Both the position numbers and the translations under genes were made by a program. Below the pieces are notes generated by a model that saw nothing but the letters and a program-made list of their open reading frames with translations, was not told the DNA's origin and did no database searches. A stretch of 64,000 nt of DNA from a virus, in the IMG/VR virus record IMGVR_UViG_3300010354_000067, positions 10,050 through 74,049 of that record; one strand, written 5' to 3'. Each line of letters begins with the position of its first letter. Position 1 is the stretch's first letter. Of the stretch, positions 10,901 to 20,775 are shown one piece after another.

Positions 10901-12056
10901 TCAAGCGCTATCTGAAGGAGATATTTATGCTGCTACTGCCGCTGCACAAGAAATGCGTCAAACACAAACTCAGTTTGCTCAGCAACAAGTCAGGGCTGGT
11001 CTTGAGCAAGGAATGGAAAATGCTATTGCTGGCCTTACAACCTCAGAAGGCCTCACAAGAGAGCAAGCAGAAGCAAGGATTAAAGTTATTAAAGATCAGT
11101 CATATCAAACATCTCTATTAATTAGAGATATTGAAGACAGAATTTTTGAACGCAATCAGCAAATAATTCCACTCAAGGATCAGCAGTACCAACTTGACCT
11201 ACAAATAAGAGAAATTTCAGATAGAATATTTGAAAGAGAAGGTCAAATATATGATATTAGAACTAAGCAACTAGATCCAGCCCAACAAGTTCTTGATAAA
11301 CTAAATGAACAAAGAAATAGGGTACAAGAAACAACTGATGAGGTTATTGACACTTATAAGGCAACAGCAGATTTAGCAGATGTGACTAAAGATGCCACTG
11401 GTCAAGCAGACAATTTGGCGGCAGCGTGGCACGATGTAGCAAAACAAATTGATGCTGCAAATAAATTAGCAAAAGAAGAAGCGGCACAACTTATTGCTCC
11501 TCAAAGAAAGAAGGGCGAAACTGAAGTTTCATATGCTGATAGAGTTGCTAGATATAATGCTTCTTTAGCAGGAATTAGGGAAAGAAGAGATCGTGCAGTT
11601 GCGGCAGCACTAGCATCTGGCAGAGCAAAAATGGGAACAGGAATGTATGGGGGAGGAATGGTCAAGAAATATGGTAGTGGCGGAATGATGAGAAAATATG
11701 CCTATGGTGGAAGCGTACTGGGTGTTGGTTCTAGGGACTCAATTCCCGCCATGCTTACTCCTGGAGAATTTGTAATTCGTAAGGCAATGGTGGATAAATA
11801 TGGAAAGCCACTTATATCTGCACTCAACCAAGGATCTTTTGCAATGCCAACCTACAAAACATCAGAATCTACAGCAGGCAATGTCTCAGTTAAGTCAGAA
11901 AACAATACAAATGTTCTTGCTCCAATGTATAATAACTATAGCGTTAATGTTAGTGTAAGCAATGCTAATGCTTCCGCTGATGAAATTGCGAATAAGACAA
12001 TTATGAAGATTAAGCAGATGCAGGATACAAGAGTTAGGGGCAGCCGTGGCTACTAG
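4953..12056 (+). CDS. Tape measure protein
   Basis: 2367 aa, Ala/Gln-rich helical, TP901-like core, coiled coils, follows the chaperone. Confidence 0.92.
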   Translation: MADNVNANIRVDLDTSDALASLRNLQNQISLFNKSVIQSNATAVAAQKSMLSTLSAQIDSTRQFTASMVNVETSVSRLGRTIDKNKLSLGEYFRYGVASSKSFGRVFGREHTAIMELAADRVKRLQTQYVAMGQAQNGVMKAMAIRPMNLFNADAAVAIQRQQIFNKLLHDGSTSLINFGKNTQWAGRQLMVGFTVPLTIFGGMAGKIFMDLERQIVNFRRVYGDATTPLEETNGMILQIQELAKEFTKYGIAVRDTIALASDAAAAGAQGKDLLAATAEATRLSTLGMIDQQQALTATIALQSAFGLSAEKLAESVNFLNAVENQTVVSLADITEAIPKVAPVIKGLGGDVEDLAVFMAALREGGVTAAEGANALKSGLASLINPTKNAREQLAKVGINIDAILKTNKGDIQGTVRAFGDALMTLGKFERQQTLAKVFGKYQFARLGALFENISRDASQAQRVVDLTGMSVEELGNLAEKELGAIEESIGVKFTGAVERLKLAIAPIGEAFLRVATPIIEFATKLAEKFNELGPNVKNFVVVLAAGLGVVVPTIIMLIGLFANFAGNAVKGLSLMNNFFNRLKGGAGTLDYLSGEQLDAAAAAASLEGQTSSLTGALNVQRNAVDQLAKSYGRYITAAQAAASNLPQGFRGPAKRMASGGLVSGSGNKDTEPALLTPGEFVMNRGATEKFGPILDAMNRGTVKGLQEGSRSSKQSGAASRQFKSGAFVLRGLGANIGAGGAGSGILSDILGVSARSIADVTSLFVSEISQSAGVTVSAINKEIKAWQQQNRSYLEQLNRQLADAIINNDVKEQQRLLDEANSKFVADMKRSSGPLSKFATEAERRYPELSADLENTQRIIRSTKLNLSDANQSAQFFEENMKKTALLSKLGKPGTYQPQARVASGALPFFGSGIGMGIPAQLIDPRVRATAGRETSMGLSAAQSAALYRAGTSAEHVMKTPQQVAKEARTLAVVASKSAGGTIIKEMQKASVRAGSVIGPSVMRGASAASPPPWSTQLGMWIGEGIQQGMTTSLADVSARLKQQMTGPNRGFLLPAGPSSPFPQGNINAPMNNMSNQTNQAAGAMAKVKVAAGNLGRSLMKGGGKLSGAMFALDGLVFGLSMMDNSIGQFAQNIMPVVFGLHGLKMVLPLLASPVGLLVGALAALTAVVIVGRNRIEEALDEAVNRGKEAATSMKDVASIGKIFGKSLRTLNVQKIGFQTAQKTRAQEYFATEEGAAQISALSEQRATMGREKFTLSMAQDIATAAITQGLSGKQIDAYISAVAEKLNDKQLYYNLRGELVELLDPENKEDILKNGLLIKVKAETATEFLKESMQIPKTTLDQLRADIGQIYREATPKGVMETAVSEADRLAQEIQKLEQERVDLANAIAEEGPGGPAETRWKELTYIIIPELTRQMNSASREINYNNVELEDRAMALENATKWGAIFGEKLSLSNQFLAYQKQLLDSGKIKQKEYNKQMAEANKVIAQNTVSMKQAAKSLQGLEDGGEALGAFMKQLGDQIFAGLDEELRTKISDALASIKDVSASIDLQVAYAQGSITTQDLIDLSSVVDSFPPFARTDLIIAYGKGSLTSEELVYIKDNADALVGLDGTQIDFLISVSGLDNMIAAINLMKQVNALGPITDANFMQYSALQNQLSALAKDIPQPTMGDTGDDGPKPPPPPPGGDGEKTKSWLEQLIADTEATLSLLPGMINKIKSKYPNIPVQILEAIGVGEEGQKRAQEVLNMSANKFKEFMAKYRESLIRTSQSALGIKVAQREQQDLAKMQLQQTTVDGRKVEKQVIEDILQDEGAIAAILSNNVKKINEYVREYRKLQEEQDPVKEKIEEITKENEKIIKAIDKQIKKQQDVVKVIQDQIDALEKKNEEDQWSIRGKEREKELIDRQIESLERANEMDQRRIDVLQRQDELRNREADALNYELDAMSSIEEKIKETYQQRIDALDKVTQLNDHILQQERQRLGLSQALSEGDIYAATAAAQEMRQTQTQFAQQQVRAGLEQGMENAIAGLTTSEGLTREQAEARIKVIKDQSYQTSLLIRDIEDRIFERNQQIIPLKDQQYQLDLQIREISDRIFEREGQIYDIRTKQLDPAQQVLDKLNEQRNRVQETTDEVIDTYKATADLADVTKDATGQADNLAAAWHDVAKQIDAANKLAKEEAAQLIAPQRKKGETEVSYADRVARYNASLAGIRERRDRAVAAALASGRAKMGTGMYGGGMVKKYGSGGMMRKYAYGGSVLGVGSRDSIPAMLTPGEFVIRKAMVDKYGKPLISALNQGSFAMPTYKTSESTAGNVSVKSENNTNVLAPMYNNYSVNVSVSNANASADEIANKTIMKIKQMQDTRVRGSRGY

Positions 12057-12690
12057 TGCGTATATGACGGGTAGAAGAGGCTATTTGGCTGGAGCCACGA
12101 GGCCACAGGCCATTCTGCTTTCAGACAATGCTGGAACACTTCAGAGTGGCAAGTATATACCAAATGGAACTGAGTGGGAAGACTTTATCATTCTTACTGA
12201 CGGTAATCGTGGAGAAATTTCATTGTCTCAACAAAGAATAGAATCAAGACAAAGAATGATAAATGGAAATATGCGTTCCTACTGGATTGCAGACAAACTT
12301 AATCTATCAACATCTTGGACAAGAATTCCATCACGAGCATATTCTGAAAGCGTTGATTTTGATCCATCAAATGGATCAATTACAAACAATCCTGAGACTT
12401 ATTCAATGTATACCGTCGATGGTGGTGCAGGAGGGGTGGACATTGTAAACTGGTATGAAGATCATCCTGGCCCATTCTATGTATTCTTGGCATATGATAA
12501 GTTTAGGGTTGACGGAGTAGAAAACTTTGATAGACTTGATGGATATAATCAGGTACTAAAGATGTATTTTGCATCATTTGACTATAATATTGAAAAAAGA
12601 GGCGGAACAACAATAGGAAACATGTGGTCTAACAATAAGACAACTGGATTTGATTTCTGGAATATCAGTATGTCTCTGGAAGAGGTATAA
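12046..12690 (+). CDS. Distal tail/minor tail protein
   Basis: First gene after tape measure. Confidence 0.55.
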   Translation: MATSAYMTGRRGYLAGATRPQAILLSDNAGTLQSGKYIPNGTEWEDFIILTDGNRGEISLSQQRIESRQRMINGNMRSYWIADKLNLSTSWTRIPSRAYSESVDFDPSNGSITNNPETYSMYTVDGGAGGVDIVNWYEDHPGPFYVFLAYDKFRVDGVENFDRLDGYNQVLKMYFASFDYNIEKRGGTTIGNMWSNNKTTGFDFWNISMSLEEV

Positions 12691-15600
12691 TGTTTCAGTC
12701 CACCGAATTAGCAGATCATCTCAGAACATCTGACACAATTAAAACAGAAACTTCAATATATGCTGAATGGAACATGAATCGTCCAGGAAATATTGCAAGG
12801 CTGGGAAACTATAGATACCGACCAACATACACTGGATCTCAATACTTCTTAATTCCAATGAACTATGATCCAATTGACAGCGGATACTATTATACTGACG
12901 CTACTGATTCTGACATTGCAATAGATAGCGGATTTGATGACAACGATGATCCAACTTTGTTTATTTCAAAAAAAGAAAAAATGAAGTTGCTCTATTCACT
13001 AGAAGACTGCATCAAGCCACATAGACCAAGGTCTGGGATAAATAAGCCCCTTTACCTAGGAAACATTGGTGCGCCATATAGTCAAGCACAATATATTACA
13101 AATCCATCACCAATAAATTCAGTTACTGACGCACAAGAATTAAATCAAGGGTATATTGTTAATAGGCCAAGATACTACATGGGACATAGAGATGATATTT
13201 TTAAGTATTGGACTTCATATAGAACAGAATACGGTATGCCAACCCCAAGACCAGGGCAAGTTGATGCAGAGGTTCTTAGGCAGGTAGAAAGAGGAATATC
13301 ATTTTCTCAAAACAATCAGTTTTATATTGAAGATGCTGCCCCATTTGTTGTATATAACGATCAAATTCCAACAAATAAAATAGTTGTAAAGATGCAAACA
13401 AATGTGGGAGATATTAACCTTGGAAATGTAAGGTATGGAAACGAATCTATTCCAGATCCCCTATACGGAACTGCAAATCAAACTACTCCAACAGAGTGGA
13501 GAATAGAAAAACTCAACGCTGATAGTTCTTGGGAAATCATAGCGGAATTTGATTCAACATCCCTTGATGAAGAAGACAATCCAATTATTGGTCCAGATGG
13601 ATATATTGAGATATCATATGGCCTACAACTTCCAGATCAATATAAAGATGTATATGTGTTTGCTGATACCATTACAAGCGCTACCCTTCTTCCTGAAGTT
13701 GCCCCTGAAGGATATGCATACTTAGTTAAAGAATCAGAACACGATCTTGGAACAATGTGGATTTATTATGAAGATGATTGGGAGTCATTTGTTCCTGACT
13801 ACTCTTGGCAACTTTCTAACGAGGAAATAAGTCATACTAGTAATTTTGTTACTCAGCCAGCAAACCCAGACTACTTTATCAATGTTAATGGAAATGTTCA
13901 ATTTAGAGAATTTGAATTTATCAATGGCATAAGAATTGTTGTAAAGACAATGAACAAGGCAAACTGCACATTTGATCTTATTGAATTTTCTCCTAGGCTT
14001 ATTGTTGATATTGGAAATATTGTTCAGGGATTCAATGTAACAAAGTCATTGTCTGATCTAGGAAATGGATCAATTCCAGTAGGAAGCCTTTCTGTATCAG
14101 TTGGACAACTTGACATATTTGATACAGATTTTTCTTTCAATCAAAACAATACTTTTGATCCAGAAACAAATACAGGAAGCATTTTAGCCCCATATTTAGA
14201 TATGCCAGTTAAATTTCTTTTTTATGATATTGTAAGACAAGTAAATGGATATGACTACTTTATTCCAGTAAAGTCAATGTACAGCGAATCATTTCCACAA
14301 TCAAGCGGTACAGGAGCGATTGTTAGCATACAGTTAAGGGACTTTTTCTTCTATCTAGAATCTACTCCAGCGCCACAACTTCTCCTTACTGATGTATCTC
14401 TGAGTTGGGCCATAACAGTTTTAATGGACTATATTGGGTTCTCAAATTATACATTTAAAAGAATTGCTGGATATCCAGAAATGACAATTCCCTACTTCTT
14501 TGTAGAGCCAGATCAAAACTGTGCAGAAGTTCTTCAAAAACTTGCAATAGCAAGCCAGTCTGCAATGTTTTTTGATGAATATAATAATCTTGTCGTAATG
14601 TCAAAAGAGTATCTGCTTCCAAGCAGTGCAGATGAAAGAGCAACGGATATGACACTTTATGGTCAAGTAGAAGATTCTTCTCTACCAAACATTGTAAATC
14701 TTTCATCAGATGAGAAAAAAGTATATAATGATGGTCAAATAAACTATACAACAAGATATATCCAAAGATCAATTGGGTCTACTCAAACCGCACAGAAACT
14801 AGACCAATATAAGCAATATATTTATAAGCCAGTACTGCTCTGGGAAGTTCCAGGAAGAGAAACATTAAAAACAATCAACGATCTTGTAGCACAAAATAGC
14901 GGGTATACATTGGGTGCAGTTCCGCTCAACACCAACCTTACTGCTGATTTACCATATGTAAGACTAAATACAATATACAACAACATTATTGATGTTGGAG
15001 AAAATATATTTTGGATTCCATCATGTTCTGGATATTTTTATGCCAACGGAGAAATTATTCGATATGATGCTATAGAATTTGCCATAACTGGTCAAGCAGA
15101 ACCAATATGGATTACAAGCAATCAGCAATATCAAGATTACATGGCATCTCTCCCATTTAATGGCAAAATGTATGCTACTGGCAACGTCCGTATTTATACA
15201 AAGCCAGAATATGAAATAATTGATGACACAATAAATCTTAAAGACGGGGTAATTAAAGAACATGGGCGTGGACAATTTGGAACACCAGTAACACAACATA
15301 TTGCTGGTCTAACTGATGATAACTATTGGACCAACTCAAACTATGTTGGCGGCTGTATTATGGATTCAGCAAAATATCTTTTTACAACTAACTCATATGT
15401 TGAATATCCAACAACTATGACGACTGGTATAGCAGGAAAAATTCAGGAAACTCCGTATGTTAATTCAGATATCTTTGCTCAATCATCAACACGAAATGGA
15501 ATAATTAAGAACTTCCTTGCTGACAAATACTATGCAGAAGAAGAAATAAATTATCTAAAAACAACTGGTCCAGGAACAATACAGGCATCTGGTCTTGTAT

Positions 15601-17501
15601 TCAATGGACCAGTGTTTGGAGATGTTTCTATACCAGAGCAGGGCGTTCCCTCACTTGGTCCATCATCATTTATCTCTTATGTATACAAAGATTTTGTTGA
15701 TCAAAATGGGCAAAGCATTCCATATAAGCACTTTGGTACGAGAATGAGAGTTGTTGGAAGAATAGAGGGAGGAACTGAAAAATCACAAACTCCTAGTGGA
15801 TCATACCCAATTTTCGAAGGATCTGCTGGAGAAAACCTCTACTCATCATCTGGTCCTTTAGTAGAAACTTCTTCAGATCAGCAGGTAAAAATATATGGGG
15901 GATCTGGGGGAATTGGTATTGGTGTAAATAAGCAAACAAACAACGGATACTTTTTTGAAATAGTCGCCTTGACAGCAGACAATGTTGAAAGTTATGTTTC
16001 AGATAATAATGCAAATGCAAATGTTGCAAAAATTCTTAGTTCTCCAGCACCGTCTTGTACGAATAATGTTGTTACTGTAAATACTGAAAGCCAAGTTAAT
16101 TTTCAGGTAGGACAAAGAATAACAATTTCTGGTCTTGTCGATGCAAACGACCCACTAAATACAAGAACAAAACTTAATGGAGAGTATGTCATTACAGCAG
16201 TAAACACAAATAAAAAATCTTTTCAGTATACTATCGATGCTAGTCCAGCACTTACTACTACATCTAGCACAGGAGGAATTGCATCATCAATTGATCAAGA
16301 AGAAACAAATATTTCAAACATATATTTTTATAAAATAGTTTCTGATGGAAATGGAAATGCTATTCCATATAGACTTTGGAGAGGTTTAGCACAAATTAAT
16401 GTTGATTCTGGAGAATTCTTAGGACAAAATAGATTAGCGGGTGAGTCTTCTACTACAGTATATGATCTTTCAGTTGAGTATTCTAATATTGGATCGTCTA
16501 GAAGGTTTTATCTTTATATGAATGGCAAGCAGATTGCCACGGTAGATGATACCAATCCTCTTCCAGAATTTAACAACATGGTTATTTTCACCAGAGGCTC
16601 TTCAAGATGCATATTTGAAAATGTCTATGCTCTTGCAAATAATTATTCTCAAAATACTTCGTTTACTGCCCAAAAAGGAATTTCCGCCGTGTTTGGTGAT
16701 GGAGAAGTCGATGCAACAGAGGCTCTAAGAAAGTATGCTCTAAGCGGAATAATTCAAAAAACATATTTGTCTGGAATAAGTAGTGCTGAATCTCCACAAT
16801 ACTTAATGTATTTTGAAGAGTTTGGAACAATTCTAAGAGAATGTGCATACTTTAATATAAAATATGACAGAGCCTATCCTGCCCTATATGCAAAAATGAT
16901 GAAGACGCTAAACAGAGTAAAAGGCTACAGCGTTTCTGGATTTTATGCAGGATCTTACGGAGCAGACTTCCTAGTATTTAACTGCACAGACTTTAATCTT
17001 AATCTAGACGACACATCTGGAAACTATTTGAGAATTCAAGGTGTTGCATTTACTCAAAATACAACGTATACTCTTACTGTAGATGAGTATTTCAAAAATA
17101 AATCCACTGTATCAGAAACTGAACTTGGAACTTCAAGTACAATAACTAATCCATTTAGAGTTATAGAAGAATACAATAGGATTAAGAATAGTAGAATTCG
17201 ATATGGAGTAAATCAGTTTACCCCAATTGATAGTCCATATATTCAATCAACTGATGTTGCCGAAGGAATTTTTGGATGGGTTGTTGATAAGGTTTCAGTT
17301 CCCAAGAAGGTGGTTGGCCTAAATCTCTTTGGTACGAATAATATGCAAATCGGAGACATTGTAAATATTGACTACAAGGATCAACAAGGATTAGGAATTG
17401 ACATTATTTCTCCACAAGACAAACGATTTGTTGTTTATAATATTGAATATAAGAAAAGTTTTCAAGGAATAGAAACTACAGCATATTTGGTGGAGGTATA
17501 A
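12690..17501 (+). CDS. Large tail tip/hub protein
   Basis: 1603 aa, beta-rich; C-terminal MQIGDIVNIDY hub-like motif; synteny. Confidence 0.6.
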   Translation: MFQSTELADHLRTSDTIKTETSIYAEWNMNRPGNIARLGNYRYRPTYTGSQYFLIPMNYDPIDSGYYYTDATDSDIAIDSGFDDNDDPTLFISKKEKMKLLYSLEDCIKPHRPRSGINKPLYLGNIGAPYSQAQYITNPSPINSVTDAQELNQGYIVNRPRYYMGHRDDIFKYWTSYRTEYGMPTPRPGQVDAEVLRQVERGISFSQNNQFYIEDAAPFVVYNDQIPTNKIVVKMQTNVGDINLGNVRYGNESIPDPLYGTANQTTPTEWRIEKLNADSSWEIIAEFDSTSLDEEDNPIIGPDGYIEISYGLQLPDQYKDVYVFADTITSATLLPEVAPEGYAYLVKESEHDLGTMWIYYEDDWESFVPDYSWQLSNEEISHTSNFVTQPANPDYFINVNGNVQFREFEFINGIRIVVKTMNKANCTFDLIEFSPRLIVDIGNIVQGFNVTKSLSDLGNGSIPVGSLSVSVGQLDIFDTDFSFNQNNTFDPETNTGSILAPYLDMPVKFLFYDIVRQVNGYDYFIPVKSMYSESFPQSSGTGAIVSIQLRDFFFYLESTPAPQLLLTDVSLSWAITVLMDYIGFSNYTFKRIAGYPEMTIPYFFVEPDQNCAEVLQKLAIASQSAMFFDEYNNLVVMSKEYLLPSSADERATDMTLYGQVEDSSLPNIVNLSSDEKKVYNDGQINYTTRYIQRSIGSTQTAQKLDQYKQYIYKPVLLWEVPGRETLKTINDLVAQNSGYTLGAVPLNTNLTADLPYVRLNTIYNNIIDVGENIFWIPSCSGYFYANGEIIRYDAIEFAITGQAEPIWITSNQQYQDYMASLPFNGKMYATGNVRIYTKPEYEIIDDTINLKDGVIKEHGRGQFGTPVTQHIAGLTDDNYWTNSNYVGGCIMDSAKYLFTTNSYVEYPTTMTTGIAGKIQETPYVNSDIFAQSSTRNGIIKNFLADKYYAEEEINYLKTTGPGTIQASGLVFNGPVFGDVSIPEQGVPSLGPSSFISYVYKDFVDQNGQSIPYKHFGTRMRVVGRIEGGTEKSQTPSGSYPIFEGSAGENLYSSSGPLVETSSDQQVKIYGGSGGIGIGVNKQTNNGYFFEIVALTADNVESYVSDNNANANVAKILSSPAPSCTNNVVTVNTESQVNFQVGQRITISGLVDANDPLNTRTKLNGEYVITAVNTNKKSFQYTIDASPALTTTSSTGGIASSIDQEETNISNIYFYKIVSDGNGNAIPYRLWRGLAQINVDSGEFLGQNRLAGESSTTVYDLSVEYSNIGSSRRFYLYMNGKQIATVDDTNPLPEFNNMVIFTRGSSRCIFENVYALANNYSQNTSFTAQKGISAVFGDGEVDATEALRKYALSGIIQKTYLSGISSAESPQYLMYFEEFGTILRECAYFNIKYDRAYPALYAKMMKTLNRVKGYSVSGFYAGSYGADFLVFNCTDFNLNLDDTSGNYLRIQGVAFTQNTTYTLTVDEYFKNKSTVSETELGTSSTITNPFRVIEEYNRIKNSRIRYGVNQFTPIDSPYIQSTDVAEGIFGWVVDKVSVPKKVVGLNLFGTNNMQIGDIVNIDYKDQQGLGIDIISPQDKRFVVYNIEYKKSFQGIETTAYLVEV

Positions 17502-17502
17502 A

Positions 17503-18165
17503 ATGGCAATTGATTTTGATACATTGTCTAGAATTATTCGTGAGACAGATGCTGCATATGCGGCAGGAAATGATGCACAGAAGCAGGCAGCAGTAGCACA
17601 GAGAGAGTCCGTGGTCAATCAGTGGGCTTCACAGGGGTATCAGAACGTTGCTTCTGCTCCCGCTCCTGCACCACCATCTAGCAGTGGTGGAGGATATTCT
17701 CCTCCTCCCGCACCATCCCCAGTGCCTAAAAGCCCTTGGGTTACCACATCATCATATGTGCCACCAAGCGGAGTAAAGCAGGCAGAGCCAGACATTATTT
17801 TAGATCCAGAAACAAATACAAGCGGGGACTATATTGCAGAAAGATTTTTTGAGGAAATTGGTGGCACAGAACTTATTAGTATTTCTAGACATGATCTTAT
17901 AGATGGAATAAACGTAACATATAGCGCTATTGCAAATCTTTCTCAAATAAGAAGAAGGTTTAATCCAAACAATATTATTGCAATGGATATTTATTCAGAT
18001 AACGAATTTTCCAAGTCTGCAATTGATCTTATTTCTAGAGGAATGAATGAGCCATATTTTGATGATAATGGAGATCTCATTGTTGAAGTTGATATAATAA
18101 GACCAGAGGAAAATATTGAGGCACAGATTTCTCAGCAGGGAACTATAACAAGGATAGAGATATGA
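17503..18165 (+). CDS. Minor tail protein with Pro/Ser-rich linker
   Basis: Synteny; APAPAPPSSSGGGYSPPPAPSP tract. Confidence 0.45.
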   Translation: MAIDFDTLSRIIRETDAAYAAGNDAQKQAAVAQRESVVNQWASQGYQNVASAPAPAPPSSSGGGYSPPPAPSPVPKSPWVTTSSYVPPSGVKQAEPDIILDPETNTSGDYIAERFFEEIGGTELISISRHDLIDGINVTYSAIANLSQIRRRFNPNNIIAMDIYSDNEFSKSAIDLISRGMNEPYFDDNGDLIVEVDIIRPEENIEAQISQQGTITRIEI

Positions 18166-19499
18166 TTACAAATAGCGGAAAAGAGATAATTTCCAAGTAC
18201 CTCCTTGGTCAGACACCATCATATGCAACACATGTTGCCATTGGTTGTGGTGCAACACCACTTGATGGAAATGATCCAGCACCTTCACCATCTACATTGG
18301 CAGCAAAAACCAAACTTGATTTTGAGATGGCTCGTGTTCCAATTACATCAAAGGGGTTTGTTGATGATAACGGCACAACTAAGGTATCTTTTACTGCTGA
18401 GTTGCCACAAGAAAATAGATATGATATTACAGAAATAGGACTTTGGTCTGCTGGTAATAATAGTCTTGCAAAAAACTTTGACAGCAGGGTGGCATTTAAT
18501 TTTTCTGAACCGTGGCAGGCACATAATACAGCAATTTCTGAAATTACTACTCCAGCACCTCTAGGAAGCAGCGGGAATATTACAACTTCCCTAAAATATT
18601 TTAGAGCATCAAGTAATAATACAATTTTTGCAGATGCTGATAGAAAAGCACGACAAGAGGGACCAAGATTCCTTAACTCTAAGATATTTTTACGAGGAGA
18701 TTCTTCTATAATTCAGGGTGCAACAGGGTCTTGGTCAGGAGATTCTCCAACATACTCTGTTACAAACAAGGTTGCTGCAACTGGAACTGCCACCCTTACT
18801 ACCTCAACTGATCATTTACTTAATGTTGGAGATAGCATCATTGTTGATATTGCAGATGCAAATTTTGATGGAGTAAAGACTATTACTGCTAGGACAGACA
18901 ACACTGTAAGTTTTGCTTCTGCCGCTACAGTAGGCTCCGCAGCAGCAAGCGGAACAATAGTAATGGAACTTTCTACCCATATTCACCTTAATGCAATTAA
19001 CTTTGATATTTCTAGAAATTCACCATCAGACATTATTTCTGTAGCATTTAGCGTAATTAATAAGGATGCGCTAGCACCAGCGGTAGATCCAGATTATGTA
19101 AAGATTCTTATTGAGTTTTATAGAAACGAAATCTCAACAACATCTGGATATGCTAAGGCAGAGATTTATGTTGATGGAGTAGATCTTGTGGATAATAGAT
19201 ATCAGGTAGTGGAGATTCCCATCTCTGATTTGATTACTAGCGCAGACTTTAGTTCAACACAGGCGAGGGTATGTAGAATCTTTGCCTCTGTTGTTTACAC
19301 TGACAGCGGAGAGCAAATGACCTCGCCAATACACTATGTTGATCTAGAGGGAATTAGAATTGAAAACGTAAGCACACAAAATCCTTTGTATGGTCTTGTA
19401 GGCTATTCAATAGTAAGAACAACTGATGGTCAGCCATTATATAAGTATCAGAATACAAACAACTATGTAGAGTTCAGGTTCAATTTGGATGTGGGATAA
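18162..19499 (+). CDS. Minor tail/baseplate protein
   Basis: MITNSGKEII...AIGCG...ITEIGLW N-terminus like tail-fibre anchor domains. Confidence 0.55.
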   Translation: MITNSGKEIISKYLLGQTPSYATHVAIGCGATPLDGNDPAPSPSTLAAKTKLDFEMARVPITSKGFVDDNGTTKVSFTAELPQENRYDITEIGLWSAGNNSLAKNFDSRVAFNFSEPWQAHNTAISEITTPAPLGSSGNITTSLKYFRASSNNTIFADADRKARQEGPRFLNSKIFLRGDSSIIQGATGSWSGDSPTYSVTNKVAATGTATLTTSTDHLLNVGDSIIVDIADANFDGVKTITARTDNTVSFASAATVGSAAASGTIVMELSTHIHLNAINFDISRNSPSDIISVAFSVINKDALAPAVDPDYVKILIEFYRNEISTTSGYAKAEIYVDGVDLVDNRYQVVEIPISDLITSADFSSTQARVCRIFASVVYTDSGEQMTSPIHYVDLEGIRIENVSTQNPLYGLVGYSIVRTTDGQPLYKYQNTNNYVEFRFNLDVG

Positions 19500-20296
19500 T
19501 GCCAAAAATCATTATTCCTAGAGAAAATCTTCCAGAGATTGATATTTATACTCAAAAATATAATGTCAGGTATAGAATTGTTTCTGAAAACCAAAATAAT
19601 ATTTCATACTGGTCGCCCATTTTTGAGGTAGATCCAGAAATAATTTTTTGGAGAGGAACAATTGATTCTCCAGGCTATATGTATTTAGAAAAACTTGGAT
19701 CTTCTTTTGTAACCATTACTTGGGATTCTGTATCAATATATAAAGAGGTAGATGAAGAACTTACAAATATAGGAGAACTTTCTGACTATGATCTGTGGAT
19801 AAAGTGGGCGCAAAATGGTGGGGCAAATCCCAGTGACTGGATATACAAAGAAAGAATTTCTTCAACCTCTGTAAACATAAATATTCCCGCTACATACATT
19901 GACTCAACAGGAACATCAAGATCATCTATCAAATATATGTATGTAGAAATATACAGACCAGGAAGACCAATTTTAAGATATGAACAAACCTACGAGTTTC
20001 CACAAAACTCAACAACTGTTGATATAACAAATAATTGGATTGATTTTGGTCAAGGGCATGGGTCAGCAACTGGAACTCCAGGCTTATATACTTCTACTAC
20101 CCCAATCGGTGGACTAACTAGTGGAAATACCTATTACACTAGAACAATAAACTACACAACAATAGCGCTATATCCAACAAAACAAGACTCGCTTGATGAT
20201 ACTAATAGAATTAATCTAACATCTACTGGATCTGGGGTTGGCTCATTTACTGGATTTCCATTTAGAATGTATGACTCAGTAATAACAACGCTCTGA
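19499..20296 (+). CDS. Minor tail protein
   Basis: Synteny, beta-rich. Confidence 0.45.
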   Translation: MPKIIIPRENLPEIDIYTQKYNVRYRIVSENQNNISYWSPIFEVDPEIIFWRGTIDSPGYMYLEKLGSSFVTITWDSVSIYKEVDEELTNIGELSDYDLWIKWAQNGGANPSDWIYKERISSTSVNINIPATYIDSTGTSRSSIKYMYVEIYRPGRPILRYEQTYEFPQNSTTVDITNNWIDFGQGHGSATGTPGLYTSTTPIGGLTSGNTYYTRTINYTTIALYPTKQDSLDDTNRINLTSTGSGVGSFTGFPFRMYDSVITTL

Positions 20297-20317
20297 TATA
20301 ATTAACAAGGAGAAAAA

Positions 20318-20761
20318 ATGGCAAAAGTACCTTTACCAGATCGTGGGCAACCATTAGACGTTACCTACATCTATCAAATTGCTAACGCTGTCAACGATCT
20401 TGCAGATACAATTTCAACAGCAACATATAACTACACAACTGTTGACACTAGGACTGTGGGAAAGCAAGACGTAAAGAATAATAATGCAAAGTTCTATGCT
20501 GGATATAAGGATGTTGTAACAGAAGAAACTGTTTCAGCAAACACCACAAAAACTTGGGCAATTGATTTTGCATCAGACTTTAAGTACCCACCAATTGTAA
20601 CTGCCAGTCCAGTAAATACTGGAACGAGCACGGTAGGAAATGACGTTACTGTTGCCATTACGTCTATCACAACAGCAAGAGTAGAGGGAATCGTTAGATT
20701 TAACTCCTCTGGATCTGTAAGCACATCTGTAAACATTATCGCCATTGGCATACCTGCATGA
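20318..20761 (+). CDS. Tail fibre/H-type lectin-like minor virion protein
   Basis: IDF..DFKYPPIVTAS...VNIIAIG C-terminal pattern. Confidence 0.5.
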   Translation: MAKVPLPDRGQPLDVTYIYQIANAVNDLADTISTATYNYTTVDTRTVGKQDVKNNNAKFYAGYKDVVTEETVSANTTKTWAIDFASDFKYPPIVTASPVNTGTSTVGNDVTVAITSITTARVEGIVRFNSSGSVSTSVNIIAIGIPA

Positions 20762-20775
20762 TATAATTAACCGCT

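Noticed and set aside
5033-17618. Many short alternative-frame ORFs inside tail genes
   Set aside because: Fully nested in long, well-supported genes
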